A DNA stretch of 41,160 bases. It comes from Bigelowiella natans CCMP2755. Its lineage: Eukaryota; Protista; Cercozoa. Every line of letters begins with the position of its first letter. The first letter of the stretch is position 1. A program made the translations under genes and the position numbers. The stretch is taken from the NCBI GenBank assembly GCA_000320545.1, contig ADNK01001718.1, positions 1 to 41,160 of the forward strand. The letters are read 5' to 3'. This document shows positions 1 to 13,601 of the stretch, piece after piece. The notes below the pieces were generated by a model. It was not told the origin of the DNA. It worked only from the letters and a program-made list of their open reading frames with translations, and ran no database searches.

Positions 1-60
1 ATTGTTTCCCACACGTCTTCCTTCCTCGCACCCCACTCTCAGTCTCACTGTCGGTCGCTC

Positions 61-105
61 TCGCGCGCTCGCTCGCGCGCGCGCGCGCGATCGCGCGCGC
101 GCGCT

Positions 106-188
<83 letters not shown>
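61..188. repeat. Compound (CG)n-(TA)n microsatellite
   Basis: Directly visible cgcgcg run followed by about 40 TA units. Confidence 0.95.
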
Positions 189-193
<5 letters not shown>

Positions 194-199
194 AACACG

Positions 200-600
200 A
201 AAGCGCATGCGCCAAATCATATAAACGCTCAAAAGCTCGAAATTGATCGACACTGTCGCTGTCAAGGGGCGTCGTTGTGAGGGGTGAGAGAGCGATGGAA
301 AACAGCATCGCGACAACCGTGATACATGAGAACAGCATTGCTTTTACATCAACCTGATCTTTTGCCTGCGATCCTGTTGTTGCCGTTGTTGTTGTGTTCT
401 GCCCTGGGCCGTTGGCGTTGTTATTGTGAGCTTCTCCAATACCGGAGCGCGTTGTGAGAGCACCGGCCTGCTGCTGCTGTTGCTGATGGTTTGCTTGCAG
501 CATACTCATATCGAGAGTGGGCAATCCGACGATGCCGTTGCCCCCGCCTTTAGCCTTTTCATCATGTTCGTCGAGTTTGTTCAGAAAGTCCGCCCAACTG
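200..600 (-). CDS. Probable exon of a gene running off the left edge; Q/N/T-rich segment followed by one hydrophobic helix; function unknown
   Basis: Open frame ...WADFLNKLDEHDEKAKGGGNGIVGLPTLDMSMLQANHQQQQQQ...AMLFSCITVVAMLFSIAL...; candidate acceptor ttttcag near 600; followed by a (TA)n/(CG)n intron-like tract. No homology recognised. Confidence 0.35.
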
Positions 601-1030
601 AAAATAGCACATCGCCGATGCCGCCGGAATGAGAAACAAACATGTTACCATTTTACGCCGTTATATCATCAACAAGCAGTCCCCCTTTACCTGTCAATCT
701 TCCTCATGCTTTTACCACCATTATCACCGTCTACGGACAAAAATTTTCCCGTATCCTTGGCAGGGTTACGAGATCAGTTTAAGCGAGTAACAGAGAGAAC
801 ATGAGAAATTGCAGAAGGACCTCGTCATTATTTCCCGCCCCCCCATTATTTGCAATGATCATTGGGAAAACTTGAGGCCTTAGATAAGCTCGATCGTTCT
901 ATCTTCTCGAATAGGAAGTGACCCAGCGAGATCCAGAAAACTGTGTGTAGGAAAAAGTTTGATGGAAGGAGTATTCGGGTAAAAGTTTTGGGCCGCTGAG
1001 CTTTTGTATTTCTAATCTCTTTTTGGCCAT

Positions 1031-1054
1031 TAACCCTAACCCTAACCCTAACCC
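1031..1054 (-). repeat. Interstitial telomere-like repeat (TTAGGG)4
   Basis: taaccc x4 on the + strand. Confidence 0.8.
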
Positions 1055-1499
1055 TTATTAGCATCCAGTTTACATAGACTTCCTACACGCGAAATCCTCC
1101 TACTTGTTGAGACCAACAATCGGGTCTTCTCGTTATCGTTCCGTGCAAGGGGAGGCGAACCTTTAAAGGGGATCCTCAGTATGCACTGTTTCTTGTTGAT
1201 CTGAAACACTAGCGTTTACCATGTAATTAGCATACTACGACTTCAAAAAAACGCAATTAGATAGTTAATTCAACGGCACATCGACGAGATATTAACAAAT
1301 TATTAGCTGAAAATCTCCTCTCGGTAAAGTGAAGATACAACTATGTGAGAGACTTGAAATCCTCTTTTTTTAAAAATTAATGAAATTTGAATATTTGGGC
1401 AATACCACCAAGTCTTCCTATGTAATCCAGCTTGGTAATTGCTGCGACAACGCGCCAATCTTCATTGTCTTAGACTGAATCCGCGGCCAAGAAAGCCTG

Positions 1500-2920
1500 A
1501 TCTTCGGCGTTGGAAACAAAGCATGAATTTGTGTCTAGATCTAATTTCCGTTTGTGTCGGATTTCTTAGCCAATTCCGCATGCGTTTGGTATTTTTTCCA
1601 CATAAAGCGTCGTATTGCTTGTCGCACTTGGGAATGCCTATGGTTGATTAACTTTTCCCAGCGAGCATCTCCGGCGTCAGTTTGGGCCAGCCTTGTTGGG
1701 GGCCCCCTCGGACGACCCGTCCGTGGACCGTGGAGTAGATGTAGCCTTCAGGAAGTTCCTGCTCAAAGTGGATGCTTTGTGTCGTCGCCACATTGCTATT
1801 AGTCACATTGCTCCGCAATGACCAGGATGCCAATTCCAGAATTCCAAACTCCTGCTGGTTTCACCAGTTGGACCTCCCTAGCTCCCTGCCTCACTGAAGC
1901 TAGTTCGAGGCACTGCGTTTTGCACACTGCAAGTGTCTTGCAACACTTTGGAAGTGTGGTTCATCATCATTGTTTTGTTGCCTCAGAAAGTTCCTGTGGT
2001 TCAAGGTTTGGTGTGCCTTTGACAAGCAAAGAAGTCGACGTGGCTTTCCGTCGAGTCATCGTTCAGCTCGATCGATGATTTTGCTGCTGTGCGCCAATCC
2101 AATTCTCCTTCGTCTCAATGAGATCCTCGCTCCTAGTTCATGCTGTAGACCCGATCGAGATGACCAGTTTCAGCTGGTGCTCGGACACACTCCAGCTGCA
2201 CGTTCAATCGATGGGCAGTTCACCTGGCCCAAGCTAGCAAGTTCTGGAGTGCTTCACTGTCGATCCCAGCTTGGCTCCCTTGGTGACAGGACACTGGCTA
2301 GTTGTGTTACTTGCACCAACAGGGTGCTGATTAGTCCTCGCAATGATTCTTTGTTGAGGCGCTGCCACGTGTTTGTGCACGTCTCCCGTGTGGTTCTGCT
2401 TGCTCGTGCAGGTTGCACCAACGCTTCGTTCAACGCGTTTGCATGGTGTTGTAGTGTTCAGTGCCTGTCCTGCTCAAAGTGCGCACTTTGCGTCGCCGCC
2501 ACATCTAGACATTGCTGCTAGTCACACTGCTCACGACAGTCAGTGTGCCATCGTCGGTTTGCACTGCAAACGTCTTGCAACGTTTTTGTCGGAAACGTGG
2601 TCTCTCTCGGACTGGTGACTCTGCTTTCTTTCCTCCCACTCTGCAATGTCCCCTCTCCAACTTGATTCACCTTTGAGCCCAACAACGACTCAACCAGTTG
2701 TGGACATGATTCAACGTGCCACTCGTTTTGTTCCGATGAACGCGGCTAGCCAGCTAGGCGGGCCCACTTCGGACTCAACGACCACTCCCAGTCTCAACTT
2801 CTCAACCAGCTGCTGCGCGGGCTGCCAGCGTGCGTTGACACCTGCCAGTTTTGGCAATCCCCACCAACAGAGTGCTGACAATTTCTCGCAATGACTTTTG
2901 CTTGTGGGCGCTGCTGCGCT
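1500..2920 (-). mobile_element. Highly degenerate, TpA-poor retroelement remnants, possibly an RNase H-bearing LINE
   Basis: Internal similarity 2320-2370 vs 2870-2920 and to 31145-31180; the minus strand reads WHPGHCG near 1810-1830 (RNase H WxPGH-like); strong TpA loss from about 1900; NNNN-CTAG-NNNN insertions. Confidence 0.4.
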
Positions 2921-2926
2921 GCACGC

Positions 2927-3407
2927 TGGCACGGCCACCACAGCCAGGCCAGCAGGCCCTGGCGTGATCAGGATGTCCGAAATTGCAAATGCGAGCTCGC
3001 AGGCGACTAGCAAGCGCAGCACAGCGCGTGCATGTGACCACAAACACATGACAAGTGGGTTGCGGGCTGCTGTGAAAATCCACACTTTCGACAAAACGTG
3101 GTCAAAACATGCTTTTTTGAGGTTTTGACGCACATTGAAATGAAAGGACGAATTTCGCACCAATGTTGAACAAACATGGAAACAAAACCGAGAGGTGTCG
3201 CAAAAATTTGAAGCGCAATTCGTTTCGTGCATGACCATGCTAGCATGGAATTTGCAACGAAAAGGTCCCATGCATGACCGACATCGCAATCAGACACAAT
3301 GTGCATGTGAAAGCAATAATTTCAACGCATGCGCGCGCAAAATGGATTTTGCAATGAAAATCCGGGATCACAGATCACGCCCGGGCCTGGCTGTGGTGGC
3401 CGTGCCA
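2927..3407. mobile_element. MITE-like element with terminal inverted repeats
   Basis: tggcacggccaccacagccaggcc (2927-2950) is the exact reverse complement of 3384-3407. The match extends to gcgtgatc/gatcacgc once an 8-bp insertion in the left arm is removed. No clear TSD. Confidence 0.7.
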
Positions 3408-3801
3408 CAATGCGTGCATGTGCACGCCTCCTGCTAGCCCGCGTGGTCCTTGTGACTTGCGTGAAGCTGCACGTGTTGAACTGTCGCGAGCATGTGGGAC
3501 GATGAGTGATGCCCTGGAGCATCCGGAAAAATTGGGGTGATCACATGCGCAGGCGTGCGAAGCGTGAACGAAGACGCTAGCACGAAAAATTGGAGATTCC
3601 ACAGTAATTGCTTTCATCGTCGAGCATGCCTTTGCGAGTTCATTGAAGTGCACGGATGCTAGCCCCAGCAACACAAGGAATGACAACTACGCAGGGTGCA
3701 TGGAGTCAATGTTTGTCATTGTTGATCGAAAATTTTTGATGCGATTACAAACGCACTGGTGTGGTGGCATCCTTTTGGTAAAAATCGAAGCAAACACTAA
3801 C

Positions 3802-6063
3802 TTATAGGATCATGCTCGGTTTCCAGACCAATCCATACATTTCAGGAGATGACGCGAAGTTTTTCCCAACGCGCGAAATGGAATAGTAAGTGTGAATTTT
3901 CTCCTTGATGAAGACATAATCTGCTAGATTTACTTGGACTTCACACACCATTGACACGCCATTGGCCTCAAACAACACATTGACGAGGATCTGTCGATAC
4001 CCAAACGCTGGATTTTTGGCTGCGAAACCGTTTTTGATACGAAGAACGGTCAATTTCTTGCATCCTTTCAGCTTGCTCATGGCCTCGACAACATCCTCTG
4101 GAGTCGGGCAGACCACCATACACCGCACGACGTCCCCAAGCAGGGCGCCGATCGGCGGCTTATCGTCTTTGAACTCGGTGTCTAGCATGTAGTCCAAAGC
4201 GACTTTGTCCTGGCAACGTTGCACCTTCTTTACTACGTCGCAGCGATGCAGCCAATCCCCATAGAGGCTAGCCATCAGATCCTGAAAGGCTGGGTTTACC
4301 TTGCGGGCACTGTTAACGAGGAAGAAGAGAAACGGCTCGAAGTTGATGCGTCGGGCAGAGGGCTCGGTATATTTAAAAGCGACGTAGCAGCTCTGTCGCT
4401 GCTGAAGAAACCAATCGACGATATCCTTGTCCATTGTTTCATCCATGATTTTCTCCTCCTCCGCGGTCACGTCGTAGTAGTTAAAACCGTAATAGGGACA
4501 CGATCGCGCAGATGGGTCTTTCAGGTTTGGGCTCTTGAACAAACTGAGAAGATGGAAAGTGGTATAGAATTAGAATACAATCGAAAAAAAAGTTAAAAGT
4601 TGTTTCATCTTCATACTCACAAATGTACAAATTGACAAAATTCTCGACAGTTTTCAATGTTCTGCTGGCAATAACCGTTCCAGTTTCTTAAATGTAGCAT
4701 GTTTTCCCAAAGCCTGTTCATCATCTTGACGCATGCGCTTCCCGCCATTTCCACACTCCACCAACTGGTTATATTTTCCATCAGCTTGGAGCTTTTCTTC
4801 AATCTGAAAATATGAACAATACTGAATACAGCTGTACTTGACAGATGCAGACGCATAATCAAGCACACACACACACACACACACAGCACAAAGCACACAG
4901 CACACAGACACAGACACAGACACAGACACAGACACACACTTGTCCACCTTCTTGAGCATTTCCGTGACTTTCAAGACTTTCGACTTCACAATCTCCTTCA
5001 GCTTCTCTGTTCAGGATAGATCAGCCGTTTATTCAGACACAGCAATCATATATCTAGATTACGAGTCTGTTGAATATTTATTAGCCAGCCCTCCTCCTCC
5101 CACATAAACTTCGTAATCGTAGTTCCATGAAACCCCTTCATCCTCTTTTCCATTTTTCCTTACTACTCACTCATATTTTCATCGTGCTTGGCGTCCTTGG
5201 CAAGGGTATAGGTAAGCATTGCGCTGATCACGAAGGCAGTCGTTTTGGAAGGCTTGTCCATCTTCCAGGCCGCTCTAACCTTCATTTACAAAAAGTAGCC
5301 TCTATGAGATGTGTGGGTGAGATTGGGATGCCAAGATTTAAGATAATACATGCAGAGCAAGACGTTGTTCTAGAATAACAAATTCCATAGATAAGCACCT
5401 CGCATCACTTTCTAGGGCTATTCTATTTCTATTCGCTAAAATTGTTTATTGTGTAGAATGGTTCTCCCTACCTTTCCGTCGCCATTCGTCTCGGGTTCCA
5501 ATATCTCATCCAGAACCTTCCACAGGCTCTCCACCATTCCTTTAGGCGCGTTGTTAGCGGGATCATCCGCGATGGTCTCTGCCCATGTTTTTCCGTTCTA
5601 GAGGGATGACCGAGAGGAGGGTAGGATTATCAAATGGTGTATTGTTGGGGGGGGAGGGCGGTCGCAGTAAAAAAGCGAATGTTGCGGAACAGACGGCACA
5701 TAAATGGCATTTAATTGAATTAAAGAACGTCTTTCATGGGATAAAGCTTTTCACTGTCAGAGTTTGGAAATACTGTCTTTCTGATTCTCGTGTTGGGAGA
5801 AGACCTTCCTTCTCACTCCCATTCTCAGGAAACCCATCTTATCTCTCCCCAATATTACCACAGATATCGGATAGCTGAGTTTCACCCAATCTTTGGTGAA
5901 CACTTCCTTCATAAAAGCCTGCAAATCTTCGTTGGAAGAGCGCGACTTATAATTCGAGCAGATCTCCTTGGATTTGGCAAATGTTTTCTGGAGGCGATCA
6001 TCCTGCGCCTTCTTCGCATCTGCAATGCGTTTGTCCTGCTCTGGAGATGGTTTAGGTGCCTGA

Positions 6064-6103
<40 letters not shown>

Positions 6104-6110
6104 CAAAGTA

Positions 6111-6151
<41 letters not shown>

Positions 6152-8079
6152 GGAGAGAGAGAAAGAGAGGGGGGGATGATTTCAAAAGGATGATGGGCAT
6201 TTATATGGAATTTCTGTGAATTCCATATAAAGACTTAAAAATCCCTTTCTTTCTTGCACTGCAGTTTTCTCTCCCTCTCTCCCTCTCACATACATATTTA
6301 ACATCGTCAGAACGGGTTTGCTGTCCTGTCGTGTTACAAAGCACCACCAGACCTGTGGCGCTGCTGCTGCTGCTGCTGCTTTTGCTTGAGCGGCTATGGC
6401 CTGAGCCGCTGCTGCGGCAGCATTGGCCTCGGCCAAAGCTTTTGCAACTGCCGCGGCAGCAGGGTCGTCCCCTCCAGTCTCTCCCCCTCCTTCCATCTTG
6501 AAGGCTGGGCTCTCCACAAGCACTTTCGAATTTTGGTCGAAGTAGCGGAGAACGTATTCTTTACCAGGTTGCAGAGCGTGGCTAATCGTTGCGCTTCCGG
6601 ATTTGGCAGCTTTGCTGTTGTATGCGTACGTCTCGTAGAGCTGGGGGTTAGAGGCCTTTGCATCACAGATAGCAATGTAATCGGAGTCTGTCGCCTCCTT
6701 TGCCAACGTCCACGACGCGGTGACCTTTTATATGTAGGTGCAGATATGGTAGTTGTAGAAGTCATAGAAGCAGGGGGGGGGGAGGGGAGGAGGAGACAAA
6801 CAACAAATATTGATCGTGGTGTTGCAAAACTCTAGCGACCATAGCCTCCCATAAGAAGCATGTGGGTTCTGCTTCCTTGGGGCAAAGCAAGGTACAAAAC
6901 ATTACGAAATGTATATCCACGATGAAAACACTGCTCGATCAACTACTGAGCAGAGATTGATGGGGAGGAGGAAACAATGAAAGCTTCCAGCCCCCAAAAA
7001 TCATTTTCGTTTAAGCTACTGCTACCCCGTCCTTATTGAAGTCGGTGCACGCGAGTGTGCTCTTTCCCGCCGCCGCTTCATTTTGCGCTCCCGCTGCATC
7101 TCCCCCGATGGAGAATGTCTCAGTCGATACGAGCACTTTTCCATTAGAATCGTAGTACCGCACCAAATACTTGCCTGCCACCTACACACAATGCGCCAAA
7201 CGCATCCGAGGAGGGAAAGCGGAATGGGATCTATGTTACTGAATGATACGAACACTGGTTTTCTGGCACGGCCCTTAATTGCTGTTGCGTACCGTATGGC
7301 ATATAGTAGCTTTGCCTTCTTGGGTTCCGGATGCATATTCATACGTGATGTAGTCTGCATCGGCGCTCCCGTCATTGCATATGGCGACGTAGTCAGAAGT
7401 GGATACCGTCGATCCGGCGAGGTTCCACTTAACGGTCACACCTTTGATATCAGCGATAGCACATATTGTACATATTTAAATACAAACTATCTCTATCGCT
7501 TGAACCAACTACTCTGGCTGCAGCGAGGAGGTAAACAAGAGGATGCATTGAGGTCGTGTCACGTATACCTTCGTGGGAAGGGGCATTTTAGAGACATCAA
7601 CCAACACCCAATTCCGTATTTCATATGGCTAGTGCGTGTCACAGGGATGTGAATTCAAGGAAGCTATTACCTGTCTTCGTATCGACGCTATCGAGTTCCA
7701 TCTTCGCCTTAGATGCCGGCTTACTCTCAGCTTTCTCAACGTTGTCAGCTTTGGCCTCCTCAGGAGCGGTTTCTTTCTTTCCTGCACCCTTACTAGGAGC
7801 CTCTTCTGCCGGATCATTGCTTTCCTTCTTAGCATCATTGGGCGGAGAGGCTGCTGGGAGGCTATCCGCAGCGGTATCCTCATTGCTTTTCGGGTTGTCT
7901 TTGCCCTCTGTTCACAGTCGGAATAGGAATCGCGTCAGGCATCGTCCCCTTCCTCCACCCTCCCCCCCCCCCCTCACCCACCCTCTTTCAGATCTTCCGT
8001 TTAAAGAGAACTAACTCTGTGCTGGAGAGGAGCCCGAAGCCGGAGCCCTATTTTCTTCTCCTGAAGCCCCACAGCCCAT
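3802..8079 (-). CDS. Multi-exon gene: N-terminal MGCGAS acylation motif, acidic/Lys-rich linker, two SKICH-like Ig domains, Ala linker, C-terminal RelA/SpoT-like nucleotidyltransferase domain
   Basis: ATG at 8079 gives MGCGASGEE. Exons give VTVKWNL..SDYVAIC..YITYEY..GKYLVRYY..FSI and VTASWTL..SDYIAIC..YETYAY..GKEYVLRYF..SPAF. The last exon (3802-4543) has VKKVQRCQDK, DVVRC, VLRIKNGF, GYRQILVNV, CEVQV and KEKIHTYY. GT-AG junctions were in phase where I checked them. Confidence 0.8.
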
Positions 8080-8362
8080 GATTCGCTATTTATGAAACGC
8101 ATATAGCCGCCTTATTTTATATTATAAAGACTCTTTGATGATGTCGCAAGTCAATAATGGCATATATATTTGTCTGATTCTAGATGTGTGTCCACACACC
8201 GCAATACATCCACCAAATTCCTTCCACTTGGGTTCGGGTGCTTTTCAGTCGTGCGAGGGATTATTATGGAACGCCGACGGCTTGGTTTCTGGTCTAGACT
8301 GCAGAATTTTCGTTGTCGTAGTTCTGGGAACCCAGGATTGAATTCATACGGCCTTCTTTTTT

Positions 8363-10145
8363 ATGGACTTTGTCGATCTGAATTTAGAACTAGTCGCCCA
8401 AGCAGTACCCTACCAGCCCCATAGGCCTTCTTCTCGTTGGCAAGATCAAACAACGATGGAGCCCTTCCATCCCTTGCAGAAACATAGGAGGGTTTCATGC
8501 TTGATCTATATCGTGGTTGCTGCTGTATTGCTGTCCATGCTGAGGTAAGGAAGGATGCTTGGTTGGGGGGGAGGCACTTGTTCCGAGATTTATGATCTGG
8601 TGTGTGTTATGTTAATTACCAGGCGTTTTCCTTCCTATACCCCTCGCGAAAACTTGGAGAGAAGTATTTCAACACGTGCAATGTCTCCTGGAGGACAAAT
8701 GATGGCGAGAAAGTGGGGCGGACAAAGAGCGCAGCCTACACTACCTTCCCTTGTGCGGTTGCCGCCCCTCTCCCCGCTCAAGCGTTTTGGCGCCCAGTCG
8801 CCGCATTACCCACTCACAGATACCGGAATTAGACAAACTGGAAGAACTGCTAGCGGTACGGCATTAGTTCCTGGTTCTAATCTCCCCCCCCCCCCCCCAC
8901 ACACACACATAAGGAAGAAGTAGCGAGCAACAGTCCAGAGTATCACCAGCACCACCACCTCTTTTTGTGCCATCTTACATTTGAATTATCCTTGCTGATG
9001 ATGAGCCTTGGGGTATTTAAATGCAAAGGTGGGGATGACAAAGAAGCAAAGATGGTTGGTAACTTTGAGGAAGTGCTATGCCAACCGATCCGACCCTCCG
9101 TCATCGAAAAGCTGACTCAACGAGGAATCGTTACGCCGACACCTATACAAGTGCGTGGTTAGGGTTGGACACAACACAAACGTCTCTAACCATAACCCTT
9201 TATACCTGACCTTCCCTGTGATCGTTCCTCCTTCAAAATTACAGGCCGCAAGCTTTAAACGCATCTATGAGGGTGAGAGCGCGATTTTGCACGCGGAGAC
9301 GGGGTCTGGAAAGAGCCTCGCTTTTATCCTCCCCACTTTGCTACGGATGGACGCTGACAAGGCGGCGAGAGTGGAGGCGGAGCAAGAAAATCTATCTCCG
9401 GCAGATTCAGCATCTTCTATGCTGATGCTGGCACCAACGAGAGAGCTAGCCGTACAGCTTGCGAGCGAAGTCTCAGCGCTGGTGGCTAATTAGTAGCATC
9501 GACATCAATAGCAGCTGTTTGATGATAGCAGTAACTGCTACTTATGCTCCTACTTATTGCAGCAGCAGCAGCAGCAGCAACAACTATTGTTCCTATAGCA
9601 CTCTGCGCTTTGGCACAGAGATGCAAGGAGAGAGATATGTGGAGTACTCTAGAGTGAATAATTCATCACTATCTAATAATGTATGCACGTGCTGCACGCA
9701 ATGCTATCAGGTGGACGACCCTTCGTCTGTCCAGCTTGTCGTTGCCGGAGCCACCCCGCTCTTCAAAGCGCTGAAGAATGCCCGCATCATTGTTGGCACT
9801 CCGGGGGAGATCGACGAGTGGAGAGGTCAGCAGGGTTTTGCGTATTCGTCTGAACTACGAAGCGGATTATTCCTTAGAGACATGAAAAACTTGAAGGAAT
9901 TATGAAACAATTTCAGAATAATTCTCTTGGGCGACTGTCGGTCGTCCCCCGCCCCCCCCCCCCCCCTCCCCCCTGTCACATGATACTTGCCATGCTGTGA
10001 AATGGAAGCAGAGATGAGCTCAGGCCTCTCCTTCATTATTTGCGATGAGAAGTTTTTATCCGCAGCAGCTGCTATAATTTAGAGCCATAAAACTCGCGAG
10101 GGGGCTGTGATGTTTCCTTCAAACATAAATTAGATATTATATTAG

Positions 10146-10188
<43 letters not shown>

Positions 10189-11198
10189 ATATATGTGTGT
10201 ATGTGTATGTGTGTGTGTGTGTGTTTGCGTGTATCTTTTCCATATTCCTTTAATCTGTTTCTCTTTTTTTGAACAACTCGAAGCTGGAACGTGCTATCGT
10301 CCGGTTCTCCTTCTCTTTGAGTGTCTAACTTCTATCGGTGTTCTTGTTTTGGGTCTGCTCTGCCTCTGTTTGAACAACTGCCTCTCATGCGGTCGGCGCC
10401 CACGTAGGACGGAGGGACGGTGCGGTTGTGGAGATGCGAGACCTGAGTTTTCTAAGCCATCTGAAGCATATCGTCCTCGATGAGGTTGATGAGAAAGGAG
10501 ACAAAAAAGACGGAACAGAGGAAACGAGATTAGATAGAAGAACGATCAAACCAACGGAGAATAGAATGAATATCAGTCAAATCTTAGCACTAGTTGAGTA
10601 AGGTTATAGTTATGTGTTGTGTACTCACCCCGAAGAAGTTACTTGTGGTTTGTTACACCTTAAAGTAGCGTCAAACCTGCGCAGAAACTAAGGCCGGTTA
10701 TGTGACAGATTCCCAACTTGATTTTTATCAATTATCAGGTTGACTACTTGCTCCCAACAGTCAAGTTCTATGGCCCTCGGGCCAAGGCGAAGAAGGTTAG
10801 CAAGCAATTGCTCACACCTCAAAATGCACATATTTAGACTGACAAGTCGTTCCAGATCCTTGTGCTTTGCTATCCTTTGTTGTGATTCGGGTTTTTCCCC
10901 AAACGCGTGTTTTCCCGCTACAGCCGTCACCATGCGTAGATTTTTCCTTCTACACTATGATTTCTATTTCAAGATGTAATTGCCACCTGACTAAGTCACT
11001 CGCCCCCCTTGTCCACCTCTGATCACCCCTCCTTTGCCTCTATTATAATAGGTTAAGTTTAATCGATGGTCAGAAAAGAAACTTGGAGCTGCTGAAAAAT
11101 TGCTCTCACAAGTCGTCCTACCAAATGCCCTCAGGCCCGATATACAAGTAGAGCCGTTTTTCTGACTTTTTTGATTTGTATGTGCACGCGTGGTGCAT

Positions 11199-11249
<51 letters not shown>

Positions 11250-11564
11250 TGTGCAATTCATAATTTTGTGTTTATGTAGTCCAAAATCTTTTGGTCTCCC
11301 CCCTCCCCCAGATAATTCATCTATCATCTTGTGTTCATGTAGTCAAAAATCTTTTGGTCTCCCGCCTCCCCTTTAAATAATGCATCTATCTCCTCGCCCG
11401 TCTACCTGGCTCCTCTATTCCACTCATCTCTCAGTCCTCACTTTCATTTTTCATTTTTTCGTTTTGTTTGAATTTGGTTCTGATGTGTAGGTAGTCTGTG
11501 CCTCTGCGACAGTTGGGAGGGAGGTAAAAGACCACGAATCGCCACATTTCCCCACTGCCCAGGC

Positions 11565-11610
<46 letters not shown>

Positions 11611-13545
11611 TATATATGTAATATTATATATCCCTTCCTCATGCACGCACGCACGCACGCATACACATGTTTATATTAATATGTGTAGTGTATTTCGAAA
11701 GTGTACCCATACATCTGGTCAAATCAGGTGAAAATGAAGGTCAATCGCGTGCTAAGAAAGGTCGTTTGGATAGATAGATGGAAGGACGATGCGAAGGGAT
11801 GCAAAGAGGGTGTGAGGGCAGAGATGCAAAACCACGGCGAGATCGTGGATGATGTGCCGTAGTGTGGAAATAAAAATCTTCTTGTGAGAGATTCTTGTTA
11901 TGTTACAAGAGTTCTATCTTTCTGCTCGGTTCTCCCCATCACCATTGCGAAGCAGCAGTACATTTGTTGGCGGCACCAAACGACTCCACATTCTTATTGC
12001 CATTGCTTTTGCGCGCAAATTTATATATTCTATACATATGGGGGAGACAGGATCCTCTCGGCCGTTTCCAAAGAAGCAGTGGTGACGCTGAAAACGAAGA
12101 GGAGGAATCAAGCGCAGCCTTGTCATCAACGTCGCCCTCGTCTCAGTTTGCTGGTCTAAATATTATCCGGCCGGCTCACGTAACAGAGAAGTCCCTGGAC
12201 TCGGAGCCAAGAGCGGTGACGGTTCCCGGACAGATCTCTCACTCTCTTCTACCTCTGGACCGATCTCTGTACGCACAGTAACAAGCAAAACAAGGAAACC
12301 ATATAGATTCTTTCTTCCCACTTTCGAGGGTTTTATTTTTATCATGTTCTGCGTTGGATGCGAAACGCCGATGTTTTTAAGGAAATGCTTCGGCGTTTTC
12401 ACTTCAGCTAGACGACTCTAACCCTTCGTGGGGAAGGAGCTATCAATGTTTTTGGCATTGATTACACGGATTTTTTTGTATTTATATGAACTTAGCAAAA
12501 CGAAAGCAATGTCTGCAGTAGCAGAGCATATTATTGCATCACAGCCACGCTCATCTCTAGTCTTCATCTGCCCCTCTTCAAGTCTCTCGGTATCTCAGGT
12601 ATGTAGCAATTATTCTCCTGCGCCCACACCTTCTCCCACTTCAATCCCCTTGTCTTCCTCTTTTTTTACACGTTTTTCCACCCCTCTGCCTTCATTCATA
12701 AAGGCTGTCAAACAGCTGCATGAGCTTGGAGTCGATGCTAAAGCCCTCCATGAGGTGGCAGACTACTTATGCGTACATGTATTGTGTGGAAAACAGGAGT
12801 TTGGATCGCTTAATGTTCTTAGCGAAGGCAATAGAAATATCTGCCTTACTACATAGTACTTCTTACTTTACCGTATAAGACGTGCTTCTAATCAAAATTT
12901 TGCACGAAATGTTTCTCTTTTTTTCCTTTTAATCCTCCAGGCACTTGGATGGAAGAAGGGTGCCAAGTACGACTTGGAAGCAGATATGGGGTAGGTTAAT
13001 AATACGACAGTTTCCTTTTTCTTCTGTTATTAGAATGCGTTTTTCTATTATCGTTTCTTCATAGTTGCAACTCATTTGCTGCATCTACGTGGCCTAACAG
13101 GTTGGACACGTCATCGAGCTTGAAGAGCCGCCACCAGATTTTGTCGAGGCGATTCAGCGGCAAAAGGAGTGGGAAGGAAGAGACGAACGATCAAAAGGAT
13201 GAGGAGAATACAGAGGAGGTAGGCGATGACAACGAAAGATCTCCGGTTATCGTTACCTTTGAGGCAATGGCGCGGGGTCTTCATTTTGATGCTGTGGAGA
13301 CTGTATTTATTGTGGGCCGGCCTGCAAACCATAAGATGTGCGTAAGTGGAGAGAAAAAGGGAGTGGGGGGGCGAGGTGGGGGGGGATTAAGATATATCAT
13401 TACCACGTCCACCACCCCTACTTCACAACTACTGCTACAACTCCATCCCCAATCGCTAACAAGGATGAATACGAGTTCAACGATGAATAATTAGAATGGC
13501 AAAAGAAGTCAATGTGATGGGGCATCGAATCACGAATATTTATAG

Positions 13546-13601
<56 letters not shown>

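Noticed and set aside
2-316. ORFs with YIYIYI, THTHTH, ERERER or LSLSLS runs throughout the window
   Set aside because: Translations of intronic or intergenic microsatellites.
11264-11375. ~45-bp direct repeat in a helicase intron (and the 15-bp x3 repeat at 27022-27068)
   Set aside because: Ordinary local tandem duplications with no further structure.
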